Of a DNA stretch of 39,566 nt, positions 1 through 7,882 are shown piece by piece (the first letter of the stretch is position 1; each line of letters opens with the position of its first letter). The position numbers were made by a program, and so were the translations under genes. Below the pieces are notes generated by a model. That model saw only the letters and a program-made list of their open reading frames with translations, was not told the origin of the DNA and made no database searches. Origin of the DNA: Clostridia bacterium (GTDB taxonomy: Bacteria; Bacillota; Clostridia; UBA1212; UBA1255); assembly GCA_017622825.1 (NCBI GenBank), contig JAGAQK010000040.1, positions 1 through 39,566 of the forward strand, given 5' to 3'.

Positions 1-34
1 ATCGTCCTGTCAAAACGAAAGGAGGTGTGTGCCT

Positions 35-1027
35 ATGTCAAGCATTGAAATGAACTGTCTTACAAGAACCGGTATGTTAAGACAAATTAAGTCTCGCCTG
101 TATGAACTAATCTGTCTTGAAACTGAGAAAAAGGTGCTTTTGGCAGAGTGTCCGGAGGAATATAAGAATGCTAAGATTCAATACTGCAATTCTTTTTCCC
201 GATACATAAATGTAAAGCAAAAAAGTATCGAATACAAAAACACTGCTTCTTATATCGTTTCCAACGGAGAAAAAATCCGCATAAAAAGCACTGAACAAAT
301 AAGAATTCAACTTATTTTGGATAGGTTGTCTGAAATCAACTCTTGTATAGAGTCCTTAAGGAAAACGGTCAAATTATATTGTCACAACGTAAACTCTACA
401 AAAGGTGCCGGTGATTCTTCTATTGATTATAAAACGCTAAAAGCTGCGGCTGAAAGTGAATTCCGTACTGCGAATGAGCAAATACATATTTTTGACAGGA
501 CTGCTTTCTACCAAGAAAGCAATTTTCACGCTGCGTTTAACGAAAAGCATTACGCGAGTATTAAGAACAGTGCGAATCTAAATAATACGTTCTCGAACTA
601 TTACGTTTGCCCTCGCAATGAAATTTACAGGTCAAAAAACGAGGTTTTGTCGTCTCTTTGCCTTATGCATTGTGGTTTGAGTTATTGCGTCGAGCCGTTG
701 TATCCTAATTCGGGAATGAGAGCGGATTTTGGTATGCTCAGCAGTTTTCACCAAAAAAGAGATGGTACTATAGTGACATTAAAGAAACCAAAAATGATTT
801 TTATCGAGATTGCCGGCCTTAGAAACAACGATGAGTACAACGCAAAGTTGAACAAAAAGATTGAGTTTGCCCGTATGAGCAAGATACCGCTTGTTGTCAT
901 TGACTTTACCGAATACAACAAAGCTGAGTCAACGGCCGTGTTCAATTTTGAAATTCTTTGTGATATTTTCACAGAATTGTATTTTGGCATTAGAAAAGCT
1001 GACGGTGTTATACTTACGCCGTATTGA
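35..1027 (+). CDS. Hypothetical protein. The N-terminal half is predicted helical/coiled. The C-terminal ~130 aa has a PD-(D/E)xK (Vsr/TnsA-like) nuclease-like arrangement.
   Basis: Long ORF. GGAGG at 21-25 lies 9 nt before the ATG at 35; the GTG at 29 is too close to the RBS. The C-terminal pattern is RSKNEV..GLSYCVEP..MRADFGM..MIFIEIAGL..YNAKLNKKIEF..IPLVVID. This resembles the E...D...E-x-K core of restriction-endonuclease-fold proteins, but the Lys position is Ala/Gly. I recognise no family by name. Confidence 0.55.
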   Translation: MSSIEMNCLTRTGMLRQIKSRLYELICLETEKKVLLAECPEEYKNAKIQYCNSFSRYINVKQKSIEYKNTASYIVSNGEKIRIKSTEQIRIQLILDRLSEINSCIESLRKTVKLYCHNVNSTKGAGDSSIDYKTLKAAAESEFRTANEQIHIFDRTAFYQESNFHAAFNEKHYASIKNSANLNNTFSNYYVCPRNEIYRSKNEVLSSLCLMHCGLSYCVEPLYPNSGMRADFGMLSSFHQKRDGTIVTLKKPKMIFIEIAGLRNNDEYNAKLNKKIEFARMSKIPLVVIDFTEYNKAESTAVFNFEILCDIFTELYFGIRKADGVILTPY

Positions 1028-1040
1028 CTTTATCTTCTTG

Positions 1041-1463
1041 AAAGTCCGGGCGGACGGAATTTATGCGTTTTTTTAAATTTCCGCATAAATTTTTGCTCTT
1101 GCAATGTCAGCCTACGGTTCGGGCGGACGGAATTTATGCGGCTTTTTAAAATTTCCGCATAAATTTTTGCTCTTGCAATGTCAACCTGCTGTCCGGGCGG
1201 GCGGAATTTATGCGGCTTTTTAAATTTTCCGCATAAATTTTTGCTCTTGCAATGTCAGCCTGCGGCCCGGGCGGACGGAATTTATGCGGCTTTTTAAATT
1301 TTCCGCATAAATTTTTGCTCTTGCAATGTCAGCCTGCGGCCCGGGCGGACGGAATTTATGCGGCTTTTTAAAATTTCCGCATAAATTTTTGCTCTTGCAA
1401 CGTCAACCTGCGGTCCGGGCGGACGGAATTTATGCGGCTTTTTAAAATTTCCGCATAAATTTC
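1041..1463. repeat. Tandem array of six 73-74 bp direct repeats. Each copy contains an 11-bp perfect inverted repeat, AATTTATGCGG-N13-CCGCATAAATT, followed by TTTTT.
   Basis: The motif CGGGCGG(A/G)CGG recurs at 1047, 1120, 1194, 1268, 1342 and 1416, giving periods of 73, 74, 74, 74 and 74. The unit consensus is CGGGCGGACGGAATTTATGCGGCTTTTTAAAATTTCCGCATAAATTTTTGCTCTTGCAATGTCAGCCTGCGGTC. Only the last ~13 nt of each unit vary (cagcctacggttc, caacctgctgtcc, cagcctgcggccc x2, caacctgcggtcc). Confidence 0.95.
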
Positions 1464-1485
1464 AAATCATTCCGATTTATACCTA

Positions 1486-1515
1486 TTGACACATCGTCAA
1501 GTGGTGAATTAAAAT
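1486..1515 (+). promoter_or_regulatory. SigA-type promoter (TTGACA, 18-nt spacer, TAAAAT)
   Basis: TTGACA at 1486-1491 and TAAAAT at 1510-1515. An alternative reading is TTAAAA at 1509-1514 with a 17-nt spacer. Both hexamers are close to consensus. Confidence 0.6.
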
Positions 1516-1521
1516 ACGAGT

Positions 1522-1680
1522 GTGAGCAGGTGGCTTTTCCCTACTGCGAACAACTTCAAAAACAAAATGATTATACTGACGGCAAAGATTTGCTGAGCCG
1601 CAAGATTTAGATACAGATAAATTTTTCATTTGATTATTTATGAAGCTCTGTGCTCCTTGCGGCGCAGAGCTTTTCTTTTT
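1522..1680 (+). promoter_or_regulatory. Leader RNA of about 160 nt, bounded by a promoter and an intrinsic terminator, upstream of hydE. It is a candidate riboswitch/attenuator or a stand-alone sRNA.
   Basis: It lies between the 1486-1515 promoter and the 1643-1680 terminator. The hydE ATG is 67 nt further downstream. By eye I found no match to the SAM-I or T-box cores. Confidence 0.4.
1643..1680 (+). terminator. Rho-independent terminator or attenuator
   Basis: The stem pairs AAGCTCTGTGC (1643-1653) with GCGCAGAGCTT (1662-1672), with one G-U pair and an 8-nt loop. The following tract is TTTTCTTTTT. Confidence 0.7.
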
Positions 1681-1747
1681 CGGCGATACGATAATTTGAC
1701 GGTTATCGGGAATATTAATAACACTATTAATACGAGGTTTGTTTTTT

Positions 1748-2821
1748 ATGTATAACACAATCGACAAGCTGCGCGACGCGCAGGAACTTACAAGAGAAGA
1801 ATGGATTGAACTTATCGAAAATTTCAGAGGAGTTTCGGCTGACAGCGCGCAGGCGCAATACTTGTTCGCGCAGGCGCGGGCAGTACGCGAAGCGCACTAT
1901 GGCAAGAAAGTCTTCATACGAGGACTTATAGAAATATCAAACATATGTAAAAACGATTGCTACTATTGCGGCATACGAGCCTCAAACGCAAAAGCCTCAC
2001 GCTACAGGCTGACACCGAGCGAGATACTACAATGTGCAGATGCAGGTTATAAATTAGGCTTCAGAACATTCGTAATGCAAGGCGGCGAAGACCCGTTTTT
2101 CACAGACGAAGTACTCGTAGACATTATAAAAGCCATAAAGACAAAATACCCCGACTGCGCAGTAACACTTTCGTTAGGCGAACGAAGCAAAGAAAGTTAT
2201 TTGCTTCTGCGAAACGCCGGTGCGGACCGCTACTTACTCAGGCACGAAACAGCAAGCGACAACCACTACAGCAAGCTGCACCCGGAAAAGATGAAGCTCT
2301 CAACCAGAAAAAAATGTCTTCTGCATTTAAAAGAAGCAGGATTCCAGACAGGAAGCGGATTTATGGTAGGTTCCCCGTTCCAAACAACAGAAAACATTGC
2401 GGACGACTTGATTTTCTTAAAAGAACTCGAGCCCGCAATGGTCGGGATAGGACCGTTTATTCCACACAACGATACGCCATTTGCAAAATACAGCGCCGGC
2501 AGTGTGGAAATGACAATTTATTTGGTAGCACTCATACGGCTGATGCTGCCGAAGGCATTGATTCCGTCAACAACCGCGCTGGGAACGCTGGACAAGAACG
2601 GTCGAGAAAAAGGAATTTTAGCCGGAGCAAACGTGATAATGCCAAACCTTTCCCCTGAAAGCGCACGGCAAAAGTACACGCTGTACAACAACAAGCTGCA
2701 TTCCGGCGCCGAAGCCGCCGAGCAACTAAAAATGTTAAAAGAAAGAATAAACAAAATAGGATATGAAATTACAGTAGAAAGAGGCGATTATTTATGTACA
2801 AATACGATCCAAAATCATTAA
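1748..2821 (+). CDS. hydE: [FeFe]-hydrogenase H-cluster radical SAM maturase HydE
   Basis: Radical-SAM CX3CX2C motif (CKNDCYYCGIR) in a BioB-like protein of about 357 aa, directly followed by hydG and hydF. The ATG at 1748 is 10 nt after GAGG; the ORF track's TTG at 1739 lacks an RBS. Confidence 0.85.
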   Translation: MYNTIDKLRDAQELTREEWIELIENFRGVSADSAQAQYLFAQARAVREAHYGKKVFIRGLIEISNICKNDCYYCGIRASNAKASRYRLTPSEILQCADAGYKLGFRTFVMQGGEDPFFTDEVLVDIIKAIKTKYPDCAVTLSLGERSKESYLLLRNAGADRYLLRHETASDNHYSKLHPEKMKLSTRKKCLLHLKEAGFQTGSGFMVGSPFQTTENIADDLIFLKELEPAMVGIGPFIPHNDTPFAKYSAGSVEMTIYLVALIRLMLPKALIPSTTALGTLDKNGREKGILAGANVIMPNLSPESARQKYTLYNNKLHSGAEAAEQLKMLKERINKIGYEITVERGDYLCTNTIQNH

Positions 2822-4239
2822 AAGCAGACGAATTCATAAACGACGGCGAGATACAAGAAACGCTGAAGTACGCAGAAGAAAACAAGAACAATATTGAACT
2901 TATTGACAGTATTTTAGAAAAAGCAAAGCCAAGAAAAACGCCCGAAGGAATATTCTGCACAGGGCTCAACCATAGAGAAGCTTCCGTATTGTTGGCGTGT
3001 GAGATTCCCGAAAAAATACAAGAAATGTATAAATTAGCAGAGCACATAAAAAAGACGTTCTACGGCAACAGAATAGTTATGTTTGCACCGTTGTACCTTT
3101 CGAATTATTGCGTAAACGGCTGCGTGTACTGCCCATACCACATGAAGAACAAGACGATTCCCAGAAAGAAGCTTACACAAGAAGAAGTAAGAAAGGAAGT
3201 AATCGCGCTTCAGGATATGGGTCACAAGCGTCTTGCAATCGAGTCGGGCGAAGATCCGGTGAACAACCCGATAGAATATATACTTGAGTCAATAAATACG
3301 ATTTATTCAATAAAGCATAAAAACGGTGCAATAAGGCGCGTAAACGTTAATATCGCCGCCACAACAGTTGAAAATTACAGAAAGCTCAAAGAAGCCGGCA
3401 TCGGCACGTACATCCTGTTCCAAGAAACGTACCATAAAGAGAGCTACCTTAAGCTCCACCCCACTGGACCGAAGCACGATTACAATTATCACACAGAGGC
3501 TATGGACAGAGCTATGGAGGGTGGCATTGATGACGTTGGTCTCGGCGTGCTTTTCGGGCTTGAGCTTTACAAGTACGAGTTTGCAGGTTTACTTATGCAT
3601 GCGGAACACTTGGAGGCCGTTCATGGTGTCGGCCCCCACACAATAAGTGTCCCAAGAATAAAAAAAGCTGCAGATATTGACCCTACAGCTTTTGACAACG
3701 GCATTAGCGACGAGATTTTTGCAAAGCTTTGTGCATTGATTCGTATTGCAGTGCCTTATACAGGCATGATTATTTCGACTCGCGAAAGTCAGTCGGTCAG
3801 AGAAAAAGTAATACGTCTCGGCGTTTCTCAAATAAGCGGCGGCTCACGTACAACGGTTGGCGGCTACACAGAAGAAGAGCGCCCCACTGATACGGAACAA
3901 TTCGACGTATCCGACCAGCGTACACTTGACGAAGTTGTGAGATGGCTTATGGAAATGGGCTATATACCATCATTCTGTACAGCTTGCTACAGAGAAGGCC
4001 GCACAGGTGACCGCTTTATGGCTTTGTGCAAATCAGGTCAGATACAGAATTGTTGCCACCCCAATGCGCTTATGACGCTTAAAGAGTTTTTGATGGATTA
4101 CGCGTCCGAAGAAACTCGCGTTATAGGAGAAGCGTTAATACAGGCGGAGTTGGAAAATATTCCCAAAGAAAAGGTTAAGCTTATATGCGCCGACCATTTG
4201 GAAAAAATTGCTATAGGTATAAGAGACTTTAGATTCTGA
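2794..4239 (+). CDS. hydG: [FeFe]-hydrogenase H-cluster radical SAM maturase HydG (tyrosine lyase)
   Basis: N-terminal CX3CX2C (CVNGCVYCPYH) and the C-terminal HydG-specific CX2CX22C (CTACYREGRTGDRFMALCKSGQIQNCC). It overlaps hydE by 28 nt. Confidence 0.9.
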   Translation: MYKYDPKSLKADEFINDGEIQETLKYAEENKNNIELIDSILEKAKPRKTPEGIFCTGLNHREASVLLACEIPEKIQEMYKLAEHIKKTFYGNRIVMFAPLYLSNYCVNGCVYCPYHMKNKTIPRKKLTQEEVRKEVIALQDMGHKRLAIESGEDPVNNPIEYILESINTIYSIKHKNGAIRRVNVNIAATTVENYRKLKEAGIGTYILFQETYHKESYLKLHPTGPKHDYNYHTEAMDRAMEGGIDDVGLGVLFGLELYKYEFAGLLMHAEHLEAVHGVGPHTISVPRIKKAADIDPTAFDNGISDEIFAKLCALIRIAVPYTGMIISTRESQSVREKVIRLGVSQISGGSRTTVGGYTEEERPTDTEQFDVSDQRTLDEVVRWLMEMGYIPSFCTACYREGRTGDRFMALCKSGQIQNCCHPNALMTLKEFLMDYASEETRVIGEALIQAELENIPKEKVKLICADHLEKIAIGIRDFRF

Positions 4240-4255
4240 TACAGAGGTGATAACG

Positions 4256-5482
4256 ATGGCTTTAAATGACACTCCTGCCGCAAACAGGACTCACATTGCT
4301 TTTTTCGGCAAACGAAACGCCGGCAAGTCGAGCTTGCTTAATGCTGTAACAAATCAGGAAATTGCCGTTGTGTCTGATATAAAAGGAACCACGACGGACC
4401 CTGTTTATAAAACTATGGAAATACTGCCGATAGGCCCGGTTATGCTTATCGACACGCCCGGATATGATGATGAGGGGTATCTGGGCGAGCTTAGAATTAA
4501 GAAAACGAAGCAGATTTTGAACAAAACGGATATTGCAGTAATTGTGGTTGATGCTGCCGAAGGCTTTGAGAAGCAAAGCAGCAGCGACAGCGATGAGCTT
4601 TTGAGTCTTGTTAAAAGCAAAAACATACCATACGTTATAGTTTACAATAAAATTGATATCGCCAAAAACGCCAAAACCAGCGGCGAGCATGAGCTTTCCG
4701 TAAGTGCAAAAACAGGCGAAGGAATTGAAGAATTAAAAAGCAAGCTTGGAAGTTTAGCAAAAATTTCCACGACACCAAAGCCTATCGTGAGCGACATTAT
4801 TTCCGCAGGCGATGTGGTGGTAATGGTAACGCCCATTGACAGTGCTGCCCCAAAAGGCCGCTTGATTTTGCCTCAACAGCTTGTTTTGAGGGACATTATC
4901 GATTCTGATGCAATTGCTGTAGTTGTGAAAGAGAACCAATTGAGTGATGCTCTCGCGAAGTTGTCCGAAAAGCCGGCGCTTGTTATCACTGACAGCCAAG
5001 TTTTTGATGTTGCGGACAAGTTGACGCCCAAGGATGTTCCGTTGACTTCTTTTTCCATATTAATGGCAAGATACAAAGGCTTTTTGGAAACAGCCGTTAA
5101 GGGAATAGCTGCCATAGATAATTTGAAGGACGGCGATACTGTTTTGATTTCTGAGGGTTGCACGCATCACAGACAATGCGCTGATATAGGAACCGTGAAA
5201 ATACCGGCGTGGCTCAGAAAGTACACGGGCAAAGAATTTAATATCGAGACGAGCTCCGGCGGCGAATTTCCGGAGGATTTGTCAAAATACTCTTTGATAA
5301 TACACTGTGGCGGTTGCATGCTTACAGAGCGTGAGATGCTCTACCGCATGAAGTGCGCTAATGATGCCAATGTGCCCTTCACGAATTACGGCACGGCGAT
5401 TGCGCAGATGAAAGGCATATTGAGCAGAAGCCTTGAGGTTTTCTTTCTTGATAACGGAAAAGGCGGTGCTCGCCATGAGTGA
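4256..5482 (+). CDS. hydF: [FeFe]-hydrogenase maturation GTPase/scaffold HydF
   Basis: GTPase motifs G1 (GKRNAGKSS), G3 (DTPG) and G4 (NKID). The C-terminal cluster motif is CTHHRQC...HCGGC. AGAGGTG lies 6 nt before the ATG at 4256; the alternative start is the GTG at 4247. Confidence 0.9.
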   Translation: MALNDTPAANRTHIAFFGKRNAGKSSLLNAVTNQEIAVVSDIKGTTTDPVYKTMEILPIGPVMLIDTPGYDDEGYLGELRIKKTKQILNKTDIAVIVVDAAEGFEKQSSSDSDELLSLVKSKNIPYVIVYNKIDIAKNAKTSGEHELSVSAKTGEGIEELKSKLGSLAKISTTPKPIVSDIISAGDVVVMVTPIDSAAPKGRLILPQQLVLRDIIDSDAIAVVVKENQLSDALAKLSEKPALVITDSQVFDVADKLTPKDVPLTSFSILMARYKGFLETAVKGIAAIDNLKDGDTVLISEGCTHHRQCADIGTVKIPAWLRKYTGKEFNIETSSGGEFPEDLSKYSLIIHCGGCMLTEREMLYRMKCANDANVPFTNYGTAIAQMKGILSRSLEVFFLDNGKGGARHE

Positions 5483-5726
5483 AGAAACGCGCGTTGCGAT
5501 TATTGCTGTTATAGTTGAAAATCCTGACTCCGTTGAGCCTTTGAACAAGCTACTTCATGAATACAGTTCTTTCATAATAGGACGTATGGGTGTGCCGTAC
5601 AGAGAAAAGGGCATTTCTGTAATCAGCATAGCTATTGATGCTCCGCAAAACGCCATCAGTTCCCTTACGGGAAAAATAGGCAGATTGCAGGGCATTGCAA
5701 CAAAAACTACATATTCAAATCATTAA
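5475..5726 (+). CDS. Small ACT-like protein of the TM1266 family (putative iron-only hydrogenase system regulator)
   Basis: An 83-aa protein (MSEETRVAIIAVIVENPDSVEPLNKLLHEY..GRMGVPY..ISVISIAIDAP). It sits immediately after hydF with an ATGAGTGA start/stop overlap, which is the typical genomic position for this family. Confidence 0.6.
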   Translation: MSEETRVAIIAVIVENPDSVEPLNKLLHEYSSFIIGRMGVPYREKGISVISIAIDAPQNAISSLTGKIGRLQGIATKTTYSNH

Positions 5727-5740
5727 AGGATTGATTTTTT

Positions 5741-7879
5741 ATGGCAAATTACAAACCTCTTTATATGCTGCATGGCTATGAGTATCCTATGGGAGTCGGC
5801 ACTCTTGATAATAAAAAAAGAGTGATAGAGGAAACACTTGACCGGCTTGCGGATGAAGGATATGGAGGAATTGTCACAAATACAGAGCACAACGACAATT
5901 ATCTCTATGACGAGCAGAGTTGGGAGCTTTTAAGGTACTCTCTACAGTACGCGGCAAATAAACACAATATGAAATTGTGGCTTTATGACGAGAAAGGTTA
6001 TCCCAGCGGCGGTGCGGGAGGCCTTACGTTAAAAGAATGCCCGGACGGCGAAGCCAAGGCTCTCGTAATGATAAAAAAAGAAGTAGCGGCGAGCGACAAA
6101 ATTTCCGTAGAAAAACCACACGGGCACGAAAAGTTTGAAAGTGCGTACTTACTTGAGGCGACGGGCAAAACTACTGATTTGGCAAAAATGATCAGTGGTG
6201 ACAGGTTGGAATTTACGGCGCATGCGGAGGGCACGCTGTATTGTTTCGTGTCGAAACGGTTGTTTGAGGGAACACACGCGCACCACAACGTTTGCGCTGC
6301 GAGGCGATACGTGAGTGTGACGGATAAGAAAGCGGTGGCTGCGTTCATAGATAATACTTATAGGAAATATATGGAAAAAGTAGCGGATTTGGGACTTTCG
6401 CGGGAGAATCTGCAGGCGTTCTTTACTGATGAGCCGTCTTTGCAATGCTGCTATTTAAACGCGGGGCTCACACCTCCGACAATTGATGATGCGATAGACG
6501 AGGAAGTGCCGTTGCTTCCGTTGGTGGCATGGGAAAAGGAAATTTTGGAAATTTATGGCAAACGCTACGGCGAGGATTTAAAATTTAAGCTGCACTTCTT
6601 GTTTGACGGAAATTCTCCGGAAGCCATGGCAGTGCGGTATAAGTTCTATACGTTGATATCTGATTTGTACGAAGAAGCGTATTTTAAGCAAATCGGCAAT
6701 TTCTGCGAGGATAATAACATAAGCTTTTCGGGGCATATACTTTTGGAAGAATGTGTGCTGCACCACGCGATTTTTGAGGGTAATTACTTTAATTTATTGC
6801 GGCATATGCACGTGCCGGGGATTGATATGCTGTTCACAAAGCCCAAAAACGTGTTACGAAATGCAGCGACACCGAAACTCGTTTCGTCGATAGCGGCGTG
6901 GTACGGCAAAAAGCAGGTTATGTCAGAGGTTTCAGGCCATACCGAAAGTGCGCTCAGCATTCCGTACGACTTCAGCGACGTGCTTTGCGCGCAGTACGTG
7001 CAATTTGCTTTGGGAGTAAATGTTTTTAATTCGTATTTTCGTCACAATTCGCTTACTCTTTCTGAAAACCGCACTCTTTGTTCGGCAATAGACAGATTGT
7101 GTAATGAATTCGACGGTAAGCAAGATATGTCGAACATACTCGTATATTATCCGATAGAGTCGGCACAGGTTTCGTTATTGGGCTCGGACAAGCAGCTCGG
7201 AGAGCGACAGTTTTCAGAAGATGCACTGAAATGTGAGCAGACATGGAGAGAATCAATAGATGAGCTTATAAAAGAACAAATTATGTTTCACTGTGCAGAC
7301 ACGACAGTATTGGCAAGCGCAGAGTATTCTGTAGAGAAGAAAGCTATAATCAATAATGGCTGCAGAGCGGAATACAAAGCAATAATCGTTCCCCACCCCG
7401 TCGCCATGTCGCGCAAAACATTTGACGTGCTGACGGACTTGGCCGCGAAGGGATTTTGCGTAATAGTAATAGACTTTACGCAAAACTTAATCGTGTTGGA
7501 GGATGGCTCGCGTAGCAATGACAGCAAAAGCGTTGTCGATTTAGAGAAAGCAAAACACTTTGTACTTGCAAAAGATGTCAGAAGCGCTGTAGAAGCTGCA
7601 AAAAAAGCGCTCACATACGAGTACAAGTTTACAGGAGAGACGGAAAATATAATTTCACTTGCCAAAAAGGACGTCGAGACCGGCGAAATTTCTTGTTTTA
7701 TTGTGAACACAGGAGATGAGCGTGCAAAAATCGCACTCCACAGCGGTAGCGCAAAAAGCGAAAAAAATTACATAAATTTAATGAATCCCGAGAACGGTTT
7801 GTGTTATAATGTCGACGCGGAGAATTTGGTAATTGAGGCAAAAAAAGGAATAATTGTAAAATTTGGGAAAAGAGGCTAA
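5741..7879 (+). CDS. Conserved hypothetical protein, 712 aa. Possibly glycoside-hydrolase-like, but the family is not recognised.
   Basis: An uninterrupted 2.1-kb ORF starting 14 nt after the preceding gene, with no signal peptide. The N-terminal segment GYGGIVTN..KLWLYDEKGYPSGGAGG is reminiscent of TIM-barrel glycosidase-like proteins. I cannot name a family from memory. Confidence 0.5.
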   Translation: MANYKPLYMLHGYEYPMGVGTLDNKKRVIEETLDRLADEGYGGIVTNTEHNDNYLYDEQSWELLRYSLQYAANKHNMKLWLYDEKGYPSGGAGGLTLKECPDGEAKALVMIKKEVAASDKISVEKPHGHEKFESAYLLEATGKTTDLAKMISGDRLEFTAHAEGTLYCFVSKRLFEGTHAHHNVCAARRYVSVTDKKAVAAFIDNTYRKYMEKVADLGLSRENLQAFFTDEPSLQCCYLNAGLTPPTIDDAIDEEVPLLPLVAWEKEILEIYGKRYGEDLKFKLHFLFDGNSPEAMAVRYKFYTLISDLYEEAYFKQIGNFCEDNNISFSGHILLEECVLHHAIFEGNYFNLLRHMHVPGIDMLFTKPKNVLRNAATPKLVSSIAAWYGKKQVMSEVSGHTESALSIPYDFSDVLCAQYVQFALGVNVFNSYFRHNSLTLSENRTLCSAIDRLCNEFDGKQDMSNILVYYPIESAQVSLLGSDKQLGERQFSEDALKCEQTWRESIDELIKEQIMFHCADTTVLASAEYSVEKKAIINNGCRAEYKAIIVPHPVAMSRKTFDVLTDLAAKGFCVIVIDFTQNLIVLEDGSRSNDSKSVVDLEKAKHFVLAKDVRSAVEAAKKALTYEYKFTGETENIISLAKKDVETGEISCFIVNTGDERAKIALHSGSAKSEKNYINLMNPENGLCYNVDAENLVIEAKKGIIVKFGKRG

Positions 7880-7882
7880 AAA

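Noticed and set aside
1041-1463. The tandem repeat array considered as a CRISPR array
   Set aside because: The units are contiguous 73-74 bp copies with only about 13 variable nt each. There are no unique spacers of CRISPR length, no cas genes in the window, and the unit is far longer than a CRISPR repeat.
1522-1680. The leader considered as a SAM-I riboswitch or a T-box
   Set aside because: I looked for the SAM-I core and for the T-box sequence AAnnnGGGUGGuACCGCG, and saw neither. The element is therefore left unassigned. Only a covariance-model search can settle this.
1483-1767. 94-aa minus-strand ORF across the hydE leader region
   Set aside because: It has no RBS, and it runs antisense through a promoter and a terminator that fit + strand expression. 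The composition is low-complexity. It is most likely spurious.
29-5474. Longer ORF-track starts: GTG at 29, TTG at 1739, GTG at 4247 and the start at 5433
   Set aside because: In each case an ATG a few codons downstream (14 codons for 5433) has a properly spaced GGAGG-type RBS, or forms a start/stop overlap with the upstream gene. The upstream start is too close to the RBS or lies inside the preceding gene.
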